From positions 7,995 through 71,994 of the forward strand of contig JAJQBG010000302.1 of the NCBI GenBank assembly GCA_021203405.1: 64,000 bases of DNA, given 5' to 3'. Numbering within the stretch: position 1 is the first letter of the stretch; each line of letters opens with the position of its first letter. The notes under the pieces were generated by a model. The model did not search any database. It was given only the letters and a program-made list of their open reading frames with translations, and was not told the DNA's origin. Shown here piece after piece: positions 1-11,354 of the stretch. Origin of the DNA: Bacteroides sp. GTDB lineage: Bacteria; Bacteroidota; Bacteroidia; Bacteroidales; Bacteroidaceae. Made by a program: the position numbers and the translations under genes.

Positions 1-1029
1 CGATCCGGCTGCTTTAGGGGCTGCTCCAACGGGTTGTATATATCCCAGTTTTCCATCGGCATGAACGGCTTTTATTAACGACTGCCACCCCTTTTCAAGT
101 GCCGGCCTATAGGCTCGTTTAGCCAGATAGCCGTTACGAAGCCCCCAGGCAATACCGAAACACATAAAAGCGGAACAGCTGTTTTCGGGCATGTCGTAAG
201 AATACGGGTCGAGTAAGCTGGTACGCCAATCTCCATCTTTGCACTGGCTGTTAAGGACGGCCTCCGCCATTTCCACAAACAATTGAATGTAGTAATTTCG
301 CGAATCGCAGTCCAGGGGCAGGTTGTCGATGATCAAAGGGAGTCCGGCAAATACCCAGCCATTGCCTCTTCCCCAAAACTGTTTGCTACCGTTCTTTTCC
401 CGAAGGGGGATGCGTTTGTTATCCCTGTAAAAGAGATGGTCTGTTTTGTCGTAAAGTGAATCTACACACTCTTTATACTCACTGTTCATATAATCCAGAT
501 AGACCCGGTCGCCGGTCATCGTGTAGAGAGCGGCATAGATGGGAGGTGCCATAAACAGGGCATCCGACCAGGACCAACACTCCAGGGTTCCTATGGCGTC
601 TGTTTTTAACAGCGGGGCTTTCGAGGGGTGGGTCGCTACATAATACGCACGCTCCAGTACCGGTTGCAGCATCCGTTTGTCGCCCAGTTTACGGTACATT
701 TCGATAAAGGCCTGACCTACGCAGATATCATCTGCATGATAGACCCGGTCCCACATATTCCAGTTATATTTTTCGCCGATAGCGCGGACAAAATCGTAAC
801 AGGACTCGTTCCCGGAGACTTTTCCCCATTCCGTCATGCCCCGGTACAAGGCACCATTGGTCCAGTCAAGGGGATGATGCTTCACCTCATTCTGATGGGT
901 GATCTGCCAGTTAGAAACTGCGTCGCAAACTTTGGCAATATCTGCTTTCTCCATTTTTGACGAAAAAGGTTGTTGAGCATTCAGGCTACAACTGATGGAT
1001 AGTAAACATACAATAAAGATCTTCTTCAT
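1..1029 (-). CDS. Glycoside hydrolase family 105 (unsaturated uronyl hydrolase); 3' end runs off the window
   Basis: Absent from the ORF track because it has no stop in the window. Manual translation from ATG at 1029 gives signal peptide MKKIFIVCLLSISCSLNAQQ, then DWTNGALYRG, YHADDICVGQ, WSWSDALFMAPP, FWGRGNGWVFAG, PENSCSAFMCFG and LGYIQPVGAAP, typical of GH105/GH88-clan enzymes. Confidence 0.85.
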   Translation of the reverse strand, partial: MKKIFIVCLLSISCSLNAQQPFSSKMEKADIAKVCDAVSNWQITHQNEVKHHPLDWTNGALYRGMTEWGKVSGNESCYDFVRAIGEKYNWNMWDRVYHADDICVGQAFIEMYRKLGDKRMLQPVLERAYYVATHPSKAPLLKTDAIGTLECWSWSDALFMAPPIYAALYTMTGDRVYLDYMNSEYKECVDSLYDKTDHLFYRDNKRIPLREKNGSKQFWGRGNGWVFAGLPLIIDNLPLDCDSRNYYIQLFVEMAEAVLNSQCKDGDWRTSLLDPYSYDMPENSCSAFMCFGIAWGLRNGYLAKRAYRPALEKGWQSLIKAVHADGKLGYIQPVGAAPKAAGS

Positions 1030-1048
1030 GGGTTTTACTTGTTGGTTT

Positions 1049-2272
1049 TTATTCTTTGAGGGCTTTATCTAATTTTACATCCGGATTCCCGCTCCAGATC
1101 TTTTTTCCCGTCCACTCTGTATAAGGAGCCGTCCAGAATGGGTGGGTAGCCGGGAGGCCTAATGCCGTAAATACTGTAGTACATACATAAAGACTGCCGG
1201 TCGATATATATCTTTCCGTGATTTGTGGCTGGTGTCCCGCAAACCCCAATGTAAGCCATCCCTGACTATCAAAATTGCCCTGGACAGAGAGGTGCTTTTT
1301 AATAACGGCAGTGAGTGCGCAACGTACTTGTGCTTGTGTTACAGAAGCCGGTAACAAATCTTTTAAAGCAGCCTGAGAAAGGACATGGAAAGTACCGAAA
1401 CGATACGCGATGGAACGTCCGAGTACGGGGTAAGAACCATCCGAAGCTATCATTCTTTCCTGTTGCTCTGCATACCGGGAAAACCGTTGTTGCTCTTTCT
1501 CATAAAAGGCGGATTCGCCTTTATTATGTTTCTGCATGATCTCCAATATATCCAGAAGCATAGGATGGATCACAAAACTGTTGTAATAGTCCATGTGTAG
1601 CGTAGGGCCGTCCCCGTACCATGCGTCGCCTTTATACCACTCTTTAAACCGCCTGAGAGCATATTCAACCGGCTGCATGTTGCACTCGCCCGTTAACTCC
1701 AGCAAGGTAACTTCAACCATAGCAGAAAAGAGCAACCAGTTACTTTCCACCGGTTTAATCGTGCGTATTTGTTGCAGGGCATCCAGCACATCCAGCCGGG
1801 TCCGGGAAGGCAGGTTACCCCATACCTGCCGGGGAGACCGCAACAATCCCTGGCAGAAGAAGGCGGCATCGACCAAAGGTTGCCGGGTCATAGTAAAGTT
1901 CAGGTAATCGGGAGATCCGGGATCGAATCCCTGCTGGATGGATTCGATCATCAGGCGGATATACTTCTGCCGCAATTGCCCTTCCTGTGTCTCATCCGGA
2001 CCCAGTTCCAGCCAGGGTGCTATCCCTGCCAGTAAGCGTCCTAAAGCTTCCAGGTGAGTGGTACGGGCATTGGAGGGGTTGGGTTCACCGGAAATGGTCT
2101 CTACCGGCATATTTTTTCTCAACTCTCCTTTACTCATATTCATCAGTACAGGTTCTGCGATCCGGGACAATACACCGGTCCAGTACATCCGGTCTTCCTG
2201 TCCCGTAGCAGTTTGTGAATAACCAGCTACACCAGACATCAGGAAAGTAAAAATAAGGATAGTGTATTTCAT
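1049..2272 (-). CDS. DUF2264 / GH154-type glycosidase, stand-alone, with signal peptide
   Basis: Motifs THLEALGRLLAGIAPWLEL, QPLVDAAF, NWLLFSAMVE, WYKGDAWYGDG, DYYNSFVIHP, GRSIAYRFG, YISTGSLY. Confidence 0.85.
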   Translation of the reverse strand: MKYTILIFTFLMSGVAGYSQTATGQEDRMYWTGVLSRIAEPVLMNMSKGELRKNMPVETISGEPNPSNARTTHLEALGRLLAGIAPWLELGPDETQEGQLRQKYIRLMIESIQQGFDPGSPDYLNFTMTRQPLVDAAFFCQGLLRSPRQVWGNLPSRTRLDVLDALQQIRTIKPVESNWLLFSAMVEVTLLELTGECNMQPVEYALRRFKEWYKGDAWYGDGPTLHMDYYNSFVIHPMLLDILEIMQKHNKGESAFYEKEQQRFSRYAEQQERMIASDGSYPVLGRSIAYRFGTFHVLSQAALKDLLPASVTQAQVRCALTAVIKKHLSVQGNFDSQGWLTLGFAGHQPQITERYISTGSLYVCTTVFTALGLPATHPFWTAPYTEWTGKKIWSGNPDVKLDKALKE

Positions 2273-2281
2273 GGTTTTATT

Positions 2282-4825
2282 TTATTGTTTGATGAACTTG
2301 TCTATCGGAAAGGGTTCACCGCTAAAGGCCTTCACACTGGTCCAGGGTTTTACAGGATCGCGCCAGAAAGGAGCGTCGGCAGGAAGCCCCAAAGGAAGGA
2401 AACCCAAGGTGCAGAGGTAAACACAAGGGGTGGACAAATAGCTGTCTCCCAATTCAGGCTGGTTACCACAGACTCCAATGGTGAGCCAGCCCTCCGGGTC
2501 GAAAGTACCCGGCCTGTCAAACAGTCGTTTCAACATAGCTGTCATAGCACCGCGTACCTGTCCCGGTTCCAGGGATTCCGGAAGTTTATGGAACAGGGCT
2601 GAGGCTCCCAATACCTGGAAGGCTGCCGAACGGTAACTGACGGAACGTCCTAAAACCGGGTAACTGCCGTCGGGAGCGATCATACGTTCCTGGAGCTCTG
2701 CATACCGGATGAAGCGTATCCACTCCTGGTCCAGGAACGACTGGAAAGAGGGTTCCTCTTTGACCGTGACTTTCAGGACTTGTAATAACAGAGGGTGAAT
2801 CACATAACTATTATAGTAATCCAGATGAAACTCTGCACCATCCCCATAGATGCCATCTCCTTTGTACCACTCTTTATGGGAGTTTAACGCTTTCTCTACG
2901 GTGGGGAAGTGCCACTCTCCGGCAAACTCTTTCAATCCGCACTCTACCAGGGCAGAGAATAGCAACCAGTTGTTATTGCCCGGCTTCATGGTCCGGGTGG
3001 ATTTCCACTGCTCAATAAGTCTCTCCCGGGTCAGCGCATCCAGGTTTCCCCATAACTGGGTAGGTGCCTGCAACAAGCCTTGTATTAAAAAAGCACTGTT
3101 CACTAGTAGCTGACGGGTGGCCGTACTGTTGAAATAGTCATTCGCCTCCGGGTTTACAGAATTAGCTAACGCCTTGCAGGTTAATTGGATGTATTTTTCG
3201 CGTAGTTTTCCTTCTTCAGTCGGATCAGGTCCCAGTTCCAGCCAGGGTGCTATGCCGGCAATGGTTCTGCCGACCGACTCCATGTGGGTAATAAACTCCC
3301 TGTTAGTGGCTAAGGCAGAAGAGGAACGTCCAACGGGAATCTTTTGCTTCAACTGGTCTTTGCTAAGATGGCTTAGTACCGGGTCTGCTATTTTCACAAG
3401 AGTTTGTACCCAATAGTGCCTGTCGTCGGATGTCTCCTGTACTTGTGTACCGGGCTGGTATTTCAACAGGAGCGTTTGCAACTCTTTTACCTTATCCGGG
3501 TATTTGTGATGCAGGTTATCCGATTCTCCGATATCTTGTTTGAGATTGAATAGTTCGGGGGTATCTCCCTCCTTGAATTTGCTATTTCCTGTCCGGGGAA
3601 GATAAACCCAATCGCCTTTGCGTATACCATGCACTTCTCCACCTTTTACATAGACATATTCGTCGCGCAGCCGCAGGGAAGAGTCTTCCAGAAAAGAGAA
3701 GAGATTGATACCGTCAATTTCCTGCCTGAAAGTGTGTGTACCTGCATAATGCATGATGGTAGGGAAGAGATCGATACTGGTAACAATGGCATCGCTGGTT
3801 ACTCCGGCGGGAACAGTGCCTTTCCAGCGAATGATACAGGGAACCCGGACTCCTCCTTCATAATAGGAGAATTTACCTCCCCGCAGCGGGTCGGCAGAAC
3901 CTCCCTCTTCGTTAAAGGATAACCAGGGCCCGTTATCTGAGGAGAAAACAACCAGGGTATTTTCGGCCAACCCTCTCTTTTCCAGATAGTCGAGCAGACG
4001 ACCTACATTCCAGTCGATCTCTTCTACTACATCTCCGTAAAGTCCCCGTTTACTTTTGCCCTTGAATGGGCCGGATGCAGACAAGGGTACATGAGGCATG
4101 GATGGGGTAATGTAGAGAAAAAATGGCTTCTCCGGGTTATTCTCTACAAAATCAATGGCACGATCGAAATAACGGCGGGTGGTAGTAGATTGATCGCATG
4201 GATATTCTATGATTTTATCTCCTTCCAGCAAAGGTGAAGCATTGTTCATCCGTTGTTTGATAGCCGTTCCGGGAGATGTTTTTACAAACTCCTGGTCTTC
4301 CCTGGCTTTTGCCAGGGTATATCCCTCCCTGAAAGTAACCTGGGGAGCAAACTCCTGGAAGGGGCCGATATACATATCATTGCTATAAGGAATGCCGTAA
4401 TAATAATCAAATCCCCGGTCGGTGGGCAGCGATCCTTTCAAATCTCCCAGGTGCCATTTACCAAAACAACCGGTTGCATACCCCTGCTCTTTCAATGCCT
4501 GGGCTAAAGTTACTTCCGTGGCTGGCATCCCTTCCGACCCGGGAAAGAACACTCCCTTTACTCCATTCCTGGTGTTCAATCTTCCGGTGAGGAGTCCGGC
4601 ACGCGAAGCACTGGAGACAGAAGCGGATACATAAAAGTCCGTTAACTTTATACCTTCTGCAGCCAGACGGTCAATACAAGGCGTTTCTATCAGGGGTGAA
4701 CCGTAACAGCCAAGGTCCTGGTATCCCTGATCATCCGTAAAGATGATCACCACATTGGGCTTTTGCCGGGCCTGTAACAGGCCGGCAGAAACCAACATAG
4801 GAAAAACAATCAATTTACTATTCAT
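2282..4825 (-). CDS. Fusion: Ser-type S1 sulfatase (about aa 1-460) plus DUF2264/GH154 domain (about aa 465-847)
   Basis: N-half has KPNVVIIFTDDQG, SSASRAGLLTG, GKWHLG, SSDNG and GGVRVP. C-half has THMESVGRTIAGIAPWLEL, NWLLFSALVE, YGDG..HLDYYNSYVIHP and GRSVSYR. The frame is continuous across the junction. Confidence 0.85.
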   Translation of the reverse strand: MNSKLIVFPMLVSAGLLQARQKPNVVIIFTDDQGYQDLGCYGSPLIETPCIDRLAAEGIKLTDFYVSASVSSASRAGLLTGRLNTRNGVKGVFFPGSEGMPATEVTLAQALKEQGYATGCFGKWHLGDLKGSLPTDRGFDYYYGIPYSNDMYIGPFQEFAPQVTFREGYTLAKAREDQEFVKTSPGTAIKQRMNNASPLLEGDKIIEYPCDQSTTTRRYFDRAIDFVENNPEKPFFLYITPSMPHVPLSASGPFKGKSKRGLYGDVVEEIDWNVGRLLDYLEKRGLAENTLVVFSSDNGPWLSFNEEGGSADPLRGGKFSYYEGGVRVPCIIRWKGTVPAGVTSDAIVTSIDLFPTIMHYAGTHTFRQEIDGINLFSFLEDSSLRLRDEYVYVKGGEVHGIRKGDWVYLPRTGNSKFKEGDTPELFNLKQDIGESDNLHHKYPDKVKELQTLLLKYQPGTQVQETSDDRHYWVQTLVKIADPVLSHLSKDQLKQKIPVGRSSSALATNREFITHMESVGRTIAGIAPWLELGPDPTEEGKLREKYIQLTCKALANSVNPEANDYFNSTATRQLLVNSAFLIQGLLQAPTQLWGNLDALTRERLIEQWKSTRTMKPGNNNWLLFSALVECGLKEFAGEWHFPTVEKALNSHKEWYKGDGIYGDGAEFHLDYYNSYVIHPLLLQVLKVTVKEEPSFQSFLDQEWIRFIRYAELQERMIAPDGSYPVLGRSVSYRSAAFQVLGASALFHKLPESLEPGQVRGAMTAMLKRLFDRPGTFDPEGWLTIGVCGNQPELGDSYLSTPCVYLCTLGFLPLGLPADAPFWRDPVKPWTSVKAFSGEPFPIDKFIKQ

Positions 4826-4830
4826 ATTTG

Positions 4831-6639
4831 TTATTCTGAAACCACTATACCTTCTGTAATTCCGCTATCGTTATAAGTATCGATCCGGTAATAATATTTC
4901 ACTCCTTTAGTAAGGATATGAACCAATAGATTGGTTTTTTCATTGCCTTTTACCTGTACACATTGATTCAGGAAGTCGGGCTGATAACCGAAGCGAACCA
5001 GATAACCGTCGGCATCGGACACTTTATTCCAGGTGAGTGAGGCATATCTTTCATCGTCCCGGTCTCTTTCCGCGGACAGCCCTTCTGCCTGCCCGGGATT
5101 TCGGGAATTACCGGAACCAAATACCCGCAAATCCAGCAGTGCGAATTTACCCTCCTTAGGCGTATGCACATTCTCTACCTTGATGTAAGAAGCTTCTACG
5201 GGTTTGGTTAGTTCCACATACTCGTGAGGAACGGCTGTTTTGTTATCCGACTTATCGACAATCAGTTTCCAGGAATCACCATCATCAGATATATAGAGCT
5301 TATAGGCATGATAATCTGTTTCCCGGGGAGCATCCGGATTGATATCCTGTTCGGCGAAATTGATCTGAACGGAATTAATCCTTACTTTCTTCCCAAAGTC
5401 CATTACATAATATTCTCCTGCCTGGCCACTCTTTGCCGACCACCATGTACGGACATCTTCATCGGCTGCTTTCTCCGGCTGAAAGCCGGGCAAAGTGGAA
5501 GAAGCCCAGCACTTTTTATAATAGGATTGAAGCATCCATCCATAAGCAGGGATATCCTGCGGCTCAAACTTTTTCTGTGGGATCTGCATGGGATAATCGC
5601 CCAGTACCATATGCGTTCTCATTCGTCCCTGAGCATCGAACGAAACAGGGAAAAGTCCGATCTTTCTTTCAAACTCATCGTGATTACCTACCCACATGGA
5701 GGTGGCCTGCCACCAGTTTCCGTACTTGTCTTCAAAAACAGAACTATGACCGGCTCCACCGATAAACCCTCCGGCTTTTAAAGATACCGGATTATAGGGT
5801 TGTTCTACAAAGCCGCTGTCTGGCCTGTCACTCTCCAGAACCACATCGCAGTACCAGATGCAGATGGTGCCCGGAGTAGCGTATTGAAGATAGTATCTAT
5901 CGTTGTTCTTTATCACCCATGCACCTTCGGGACAGGGGACTTTCTCAAACTTACCTTTCCAGGGGGAGGCGTCGATCTCATCGTTGAGCTCTCTGCGGCC
6001 GAAATGGTAGCCGGAGTTACATTGGTCGATACCGGTGACATATTCACGCAACACTCTTTCGGAGCCTTCTATCTCTTCGAATGTAACCGGGTCTACTTCA
6101 AAGAAGGTCGTCGATTGGGTTCCGCCCAGGCCGTAGTAGAAATAAAAACGGCCGTTGTCAATAAAAAGAGCAGGGTCGGCCATGCGCCTCACCTCACCAC
6201 ATTTTTCCCATTGCCCGTTTTCCGGATCGGCTGAGCGGATCACATCAACCTTCTTTTTGGAGCGGTCGCGGGTAAAATTGATGAAATAGACACAGTTGTC
6301 ATCGGCAGCTACGGCAGGAGCGACATAATGATCTACATCCAGGGCAGAGACGTGTACCTCGGGATTGAAATAGAGATTCTTCCAGGTGATCAGATCATTG
6401 GAAATACGGTAACCACCGATATCCATGGTTGTAAAGAGGTAATATTTGTCTTTAAACAATACAATAACAGGGTCGGCAGCCGAGCGGGCTTTTTTCTCTC
6501 TCGTCTGGAAGCAGCCCCAGCCGTAATCGAGGTTCATCGGATTACAGAAGGTTAGCTGCTGCGTTTCCATCCTGCTACCCGTACAGGAGAGCAGGATGAA
6601 AGAGGATAATAAAAGGGCTAATTTATTTTTCATATACAC
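4831..6639 (-). CDS. GH43 lipoprotein with F5/8-type C (CBM32-like) and Fn3 domains
   Basis: Lipobox LLSC; GH43 motifs AADPVIV, DPALFID, PEGAW and GAGHS; discoidin-like PEKAADEDVRTWW...DFG; C-terminal Fn3-like WNKVSDADGY...YYYRIDTYN. Confidence 0.8.
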   Translation of the reverse strand: MYMKNKLALLLSSFILLSCTGSRMETQQLTFCNPMNLDYGWGCFQTREKKARSAADPVIVLFKDKYYLFTTMDIGGYRISNDLITWKNLYFNPEVHVSALDVDHYVAPAVAADDNCVYFINFTRDRSKKKVDVIRSADPENGQWEKCGEVRRMADPALFIDNGRFYFYYGLGGTQSTTFFEVDPVTFEEIEGSERVLREYVTGIDQCNSGYHFGRRELNDEIDASPWKGKFEKVPCPEGAWVIKNNDRYYLQYATPGTICIWYCDVVLESDRPDSGFVEQPYNPVSLKAGGFIGGAGHSSVFEDKYGNWWQATSMWVGNHDEFERKIGLFPVSFDAQGRMRTHMVLGDYPMQIPQKKFEPQDIPAYGWMLQSYYKKCWASSTLPGFQPEKAADEDVRTWWSAKSGQAGEYYVMDFGKKVRINSVQINFAEQDINPDAPRETDYHAYKLYISDDGDSWKLIVDKSDNKTAVPHEYVELTKPVEASYIKVENVHTPKEGKFALLDLRVFGSGNSRNPGQAEGLSAERDRDDERYASLTWNKVSDADGYLVRFGYQPDFLNQCVQVKGNEKTNLLVHILTKGVKYYYRIDTYNDSGITEGIVVSE

Positions 6640-6653
6640 GATTCTTTATTTTT

Positions 6654-8273
6654 TTAATAACCTTCATTCTGAGGGAAGTTCTCTTTTCCCATCTGGTCTA
6701 TTTCAGATTGAGGAATAGGCCAGTACCAGTGATAGGATTGAAAGTTTTCACGCGCTTCGATATAATCTTTATTCAGTCGTGGATCGTCTGCTACTTTATC
6801 GCCCGCATGTAGTTTTACCCGCTCTTCTAATAGGCCCAATCTCTTTAACAAAGGCCATCTTACTCCTTCGAAGTTCAATTCACGAGCATATTCATCCACC
6901 AGGATATCCAGGGTCAGAGGACCGTTAAAACGATCATTTCCCGCCCGCTGCCAGGTTTCGTTGTAATATTGTATCGCTTTGGTACTGCTGCCGCCCTCTT
7001 TGTGGAAGTACGCTTCTGCTGCCATTAAATAGGTTTCGGCCAACCGGTAAATAATGATATCTTTGAAACTGGATCTGCGGGAAGGGAGATCGGCATTGGT
7101 CCACATATCAAAATATTTAAGTGTACAGGGGTGCAGACATTCCAGGTACAAAGCAGTAGTGGTAGTGGCTACATCACCCAGGTTTTTCCCCTCCGGTAAC
7201 AAGTCTCTATCCAGGTAATACCATTCATGTTTGAAATATCCTTCATACCGGATGTCTTTTTGCTGATCATATAAACTTAGTAAATAGCTATTGGGATAAA
7301 CACGCCCCCAGCCATATCCTCCATGTTCAGAGCGAAATTCGCCCAAACCGTCTACTTTTTTATAGTTCGGTGTGCAGATCAGGGACATACGGTGTCCGGT
7401 GAGGTCTGTTTCACCTTCAGGAATAAAACCACCGCCCCCAATTGCCGGCGAGAATTGCATGGATAGCAATACTTCGGAGTGATTGAGATCGGCACCGGAA
7501 AATACGGCAGTTCTGTCATCCAGTAACGAATAGTCGGGACAGGCAAAGATATCTTCACACTGCCGGATGGCTTCATCCCAATCCTGTTGCCACATGGCTA
7601 CCTGTGCCTTGATATGTTTGGCGACTGCTTTGGTAAACCGGCCGTAAGAGACTCCTGCGGCCGAAGAGGGAACAGTCCAGTCGAGTCCGTTCATTGCGTC
7701 CGTAAGGTCGTCATTGATCAGCTTGAAAATATCTTCTTTACTGGCCGGAGTGAATACCCGGTCAAGGTTTGTATAGTCTGTAGGAGAGGTGTTCAGATAA
7801 AGTCGTTCATAACGCTTATAAAGTTCAAAGTAGGCACGACCTCTGAATAATTTCGCTTCCACCCATGCCCTTTTGGTGACGGGATCTTCGTCTATACCTA
7901 ATTTTTCGGCAGCTGCGATGACTTCGTTTGCTTTGCCAATGATATTATAGTTATAGGTCCACAGAGCGAGTGCCTGCGATATATCGGACTTTACATTATC
8001 CAGCCGGGCAAAGGCAGCTGCCGAACCTCCCCTGAATATCATCAGGTCTGTAGAGTAGTCCATCATTTGAACGGTGAACAGATCGGATTGGTTATCGGTA
8101 GCCAGGGTTCGGGTATAATTGTATAAGCCTGTTACTACTCTGCTTAGTCCGTCAGGAGTCGTATAGAGATAATCTACCGTAACCTGAGTTTTCATCTTTT
8201 CATTAAGCATATCTGTGCAGGAGGCGGTAAGGCCCGAGATTGCAAGAATTACTATATATATTATCTTTTTCAT
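6654..8273 (-). CDS. susD: RagB/SusD family glycan-binding lipoprotein
   Basis: Lipobox LTASC; EAKLFRGRAYFEL, IYRLAETYLMAAEA, DEYARELNFEGVRW, WPIPQSEID and QNEGY; lies directly downstream of SusC. Confidence 0.92.
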   Translation of the reverse strand: MKKIIYIVILAISGLTASCTDMLNEKMKTQVTVDYLYTTPDGLSRVVTGLYNYTRTLATDNQSDLFTVQMMDYSTDLMIFRGGSAAAFARLDNVKSDISQALALWTYNYNIIGKANEVIAAAEKLGIDEDPVTKRAWVEAKLFRGRAYFELYKRYERLYLNTSPTDYTNLDRVFTPASKEDIFKLINDDLTDAMNGLDWTVPSSAAGVSYGRFTKAVAKHIKAQVAMWQQDWDEAIRQCEDIFACPDYSLLDDRTAVFSGADLNHSEVLLSMQFSPAIGGGGFIPEGETDLTGHRMSLICTPNYKKVDGLGEFRSEHGGYGWGRVYPNSYLLSLYDQQKDIRYEGYFKHEWYYLDRDLLPEGKNLGDVATTTTALYLECLHPCTLKYFDMWTNADLPSRRSSFKDIIIYRLAETYLMAAEAYFHKEGGSSTKAIQYYNETWQRAGNDRFNGPLTLDILVDEYARELNFEGVRWPLLKRLGLLEERVKLHAGDKVADDPRLNKDYIEARENFQSYHWYWPIPQSEIDQMGKENFPQNEGY

Positions 8274-8286
8274 ACTATTCAGGTGT

Positions 8287-11200
8287 TTAGAATGACATAT
8301 TTAAACCGAAAATAACTTGTTTTGCTTCAGGATAATCACCTGGTATCAATTCCGGACTATACGATTTGAACTTAGTCCAGGTAAGCAGGTTGGTTCCTGT
8401 GCAGTATATTTTCAGATTATTGATATTTACCTTTTTGGTAAGATGAGCGGGAAAAGTGTATCCCAGGGAGATGGTTCTTAACCGGAAGTAAGAGGCATCC
8501 TGGTAAGAACGGGTACTGTTATAAATGGGCTGGCTCTGGAACCGGGGTCTTGGCGCCACATTCGAAGGGTTCTCGGGAGTCCAATAGTCTACTTTTATGG
8601 CATTCAGTTTGCCTTGCAGAGACTCTCCCGCGAAATAATCGTTTTTCAAAGTGGCTCCCTGTACGGTATAAAAATCGAGGTACAGGTCAAAGCCTTTAAA
8701 GTAAAGATTACTGGAAATGGAAGCGATGTAATCGGGGTCTTTTTTAATAACCACACGGTCATCACTATCAATAACTCCGTCGTTATTGATATCTTTTACT
8801 TTGATGAATCCGGGTTCCGGGTTATCGGTGCGCCCCAATGCTTTATCAGGAATACCGTCGCCATTGGTATCATACGTTTTCTTCAATTCATATTTGATGC
8901 TACCATCATCACCTACGATCTTGTCAAAGTCTTCGTACTGATAGATACCATCGAATTGATAGTCATAATACACATCAATGGGTTTTCCGATAAACCATCT
9001 GTTGTTTACATCGTCCAGGTATTTTCCATTTTCGTCTACCTTATCGTTTATTTTAAGGATTTTATTCTTCGATTTAGCGAAGTTCACCCCCACGCTCCAT
9101 TTTAGTTTTTCCTGGCGGATTACATCTGTATTTAAAGAAACCTCCAGCCCCTGGGTACGCGTTTTACCCAGATTATCATACATAGTGCTATACCCTAACG
9201 AGTTATTAATACTTCTGGCTACAAGCAGATCTGTGGTAGTAGTGTGGTAATATTCAACCGTACCGCTCAGTCTGTTTTCCAATACACCAAATCTACTGCA
9301 AAGTTGGCAGAGCTGGTTGTTTCCCATTTCAGGTTGGGATTGGATAACTCCTTGGTAGGAAGATATCCCGTTTCGAGCACGTTGCCAAACTCTGTACCGA
9401 GTCCTTCTGTAGCTCCTAAAGTTTTATAGGGCTTGATAGCCTGATTCCCTACCTGTCCGTAACTGGCACGCAGCTTCAGGTTACTCAACCAGTTCACGTC
9501 TTTCAGGAAAGATTCTTCCTTGATCCTCCAGGCCAGAGCTAAAGAGAGGAAATCGCCCCATTTGTTGGAGGGCCCGAATACGGAAGAACCGTCACGGCGC
9601 CAGGCGGCTGTTAAGAGATACCTATCCATTAAACCATATTGTGCACGTGCCATAAAGGAGAGCAGGGTGCGCTCTTCATATTTACGTCCTATTCCTGTTA
9701 CATTTCCATCGGGAAGCATATTCCAGTCAAAATCAACCGGAACGTTGTTGGCCGAATATTCCATCTCTTTCTGGGTCTCCTGGTCCCAGCTCTGAACAAA
9801 GGTGAGGTCCAGACGGTGATCCTGGTTTTTGACGGGCACCCTGTAGTTAACGATGTTCTCTATCAGGAAATGTTCTTTATTTCCATTTAATAATGTACCG
9901 CTTGCGCCACCGTTCGGATAGGCTTTGTCCTTATATTGTCCATCTTCTTTCTGGACATTATAGAACGAAGCGTTCAGCCGGTAATTAAATCCTTTGAAAA
10001 GCTTAAGATCTGTAAATAAATTGATCTTGAAGTTATTCCTCATAATTTCACGGTTCGCATGCTGGGCACGGAACAAGGGGTTTACATCCGGGGAAGAGTT
10101 GATATACTCTGCATAACTGCCGTCTTCATTGAATGGCTGTCCCAGTGGTGAGCGGGTGATATACTCATTGAAGTTACCGTCCTCCCGGGTTTGTTTGGAG
10201 CGTGCATAGGAGATGTTACTACCGATACTCAGCCATTTATAGATTTCATAATCCATATTCAGGGCGAGGTTCCCCCGGGAATAATCAGAGTTCGGGGCCA
10301 TACCATCCTGTTTGTAGAAACCGAGGCTGGTTGCGATTCTCATTTTATCACCACCGCCACGGATACTTACGTCATATTTTTGTACAAAAGCAGGGTTGAG
10401 CATCAGTTTTTCCCAATTGGTGAAGTTTTTATCTGCATAGGCTTTCTCCATGATGGCATCCATCAATACTTCGTGGGCATCTTCGGGTATCCTTCCCATT
10501 TCCGTACGGACAGCCTCTTTACGCAACTGGTAGAATTCCTCACCCGAATAGAAATCGAAGTTTTTCGTCAGGAATTGTGTTCCCATGTAGGTATTAAAGT
10601 CTACCTGTACTTTGCCTTTTTTCACCCCGTTTAGTCGTAACGAGGATCACTCCATTGGCAGCTCTGGCACCATATATAGCCTGCGCGGCAGCATCTTTTA
10701 ATACTTCCAGCGACTTGATATCCGCATTATTCAGATTGGCAAATCCTTCTCCGTCTACCGGTACTCCATCTACGACATACAGAGGTTCGTTACCACCGGT
10801 TAGTGAACGTTTACCCCTGATCAGGATATCGGGAGTAGAACCCGGGCGACCGGAAGTAGCCGTCACATTGATACCGGCAGCTTTCCCCGGAGCATATCTC
10901 CTACGTTAGAGGCAGGAAAAGTGTTCAGGTCTTCTGCCTTTATGGAGGTAACCGAGCCGGTGAGGTCGCTTTTGCGCTGGATACCGTAACCTACCACTAC
11001 CACTTCATCTAATTCCCGGGAGTCTTCCACCATCTCTATATTGAGAACAGCATGGTTGCCTACCGCTTTTTCTATCGTTTCATAACCGATATACCTAAAT
11101 ACCAGAACCGCATTCTGGGGTACTTCCAGGGAGTAATAGCCATCCATATCCGTAATAGAACCGGTGTTTGTTCCTTTTACCATCACATTTACACCGATCA

Positions 11201-11327
11201 GGGGGCCGTTTGCATCAGAAACAGTTCCCGTCACACTTTTGCTTTGTGCACTGGCAGTGCTACTGAGCACAACTGCAAAGAACATACATAACATGTACAG
11301 TGCTTTTTTAAATACATGGTTTTTCAT
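8287..11327 (-). CDS. susC: SusC/RagA TonB-dependent transporter, split into 4 ORFs by three 1-bp frameshifts
   Basis: LDEVVVVGYG, PLYVVDG, LKDAAAQAIYGARAANGVILVTTKRG, NLKLRASYG, NPNLKWET and terminal GLNMSF. Breaks fall in short homopolymers near 10883, 10620 and 9290; fixing them restores RGKAAGINV, RGEKGKVQ and DFGVLENRLSG. Confidence 0.9.
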
Positions 11328-11354
11328 AATAGTTAAAATAAAATGTTTACGTAT

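Noticed and set aside
8287-11327. Genuinely split or phase-variable susC
   Set aside because: The breaks are in runs of only 3-6 nt, and each is fixed by one base to give a canonical SusC.
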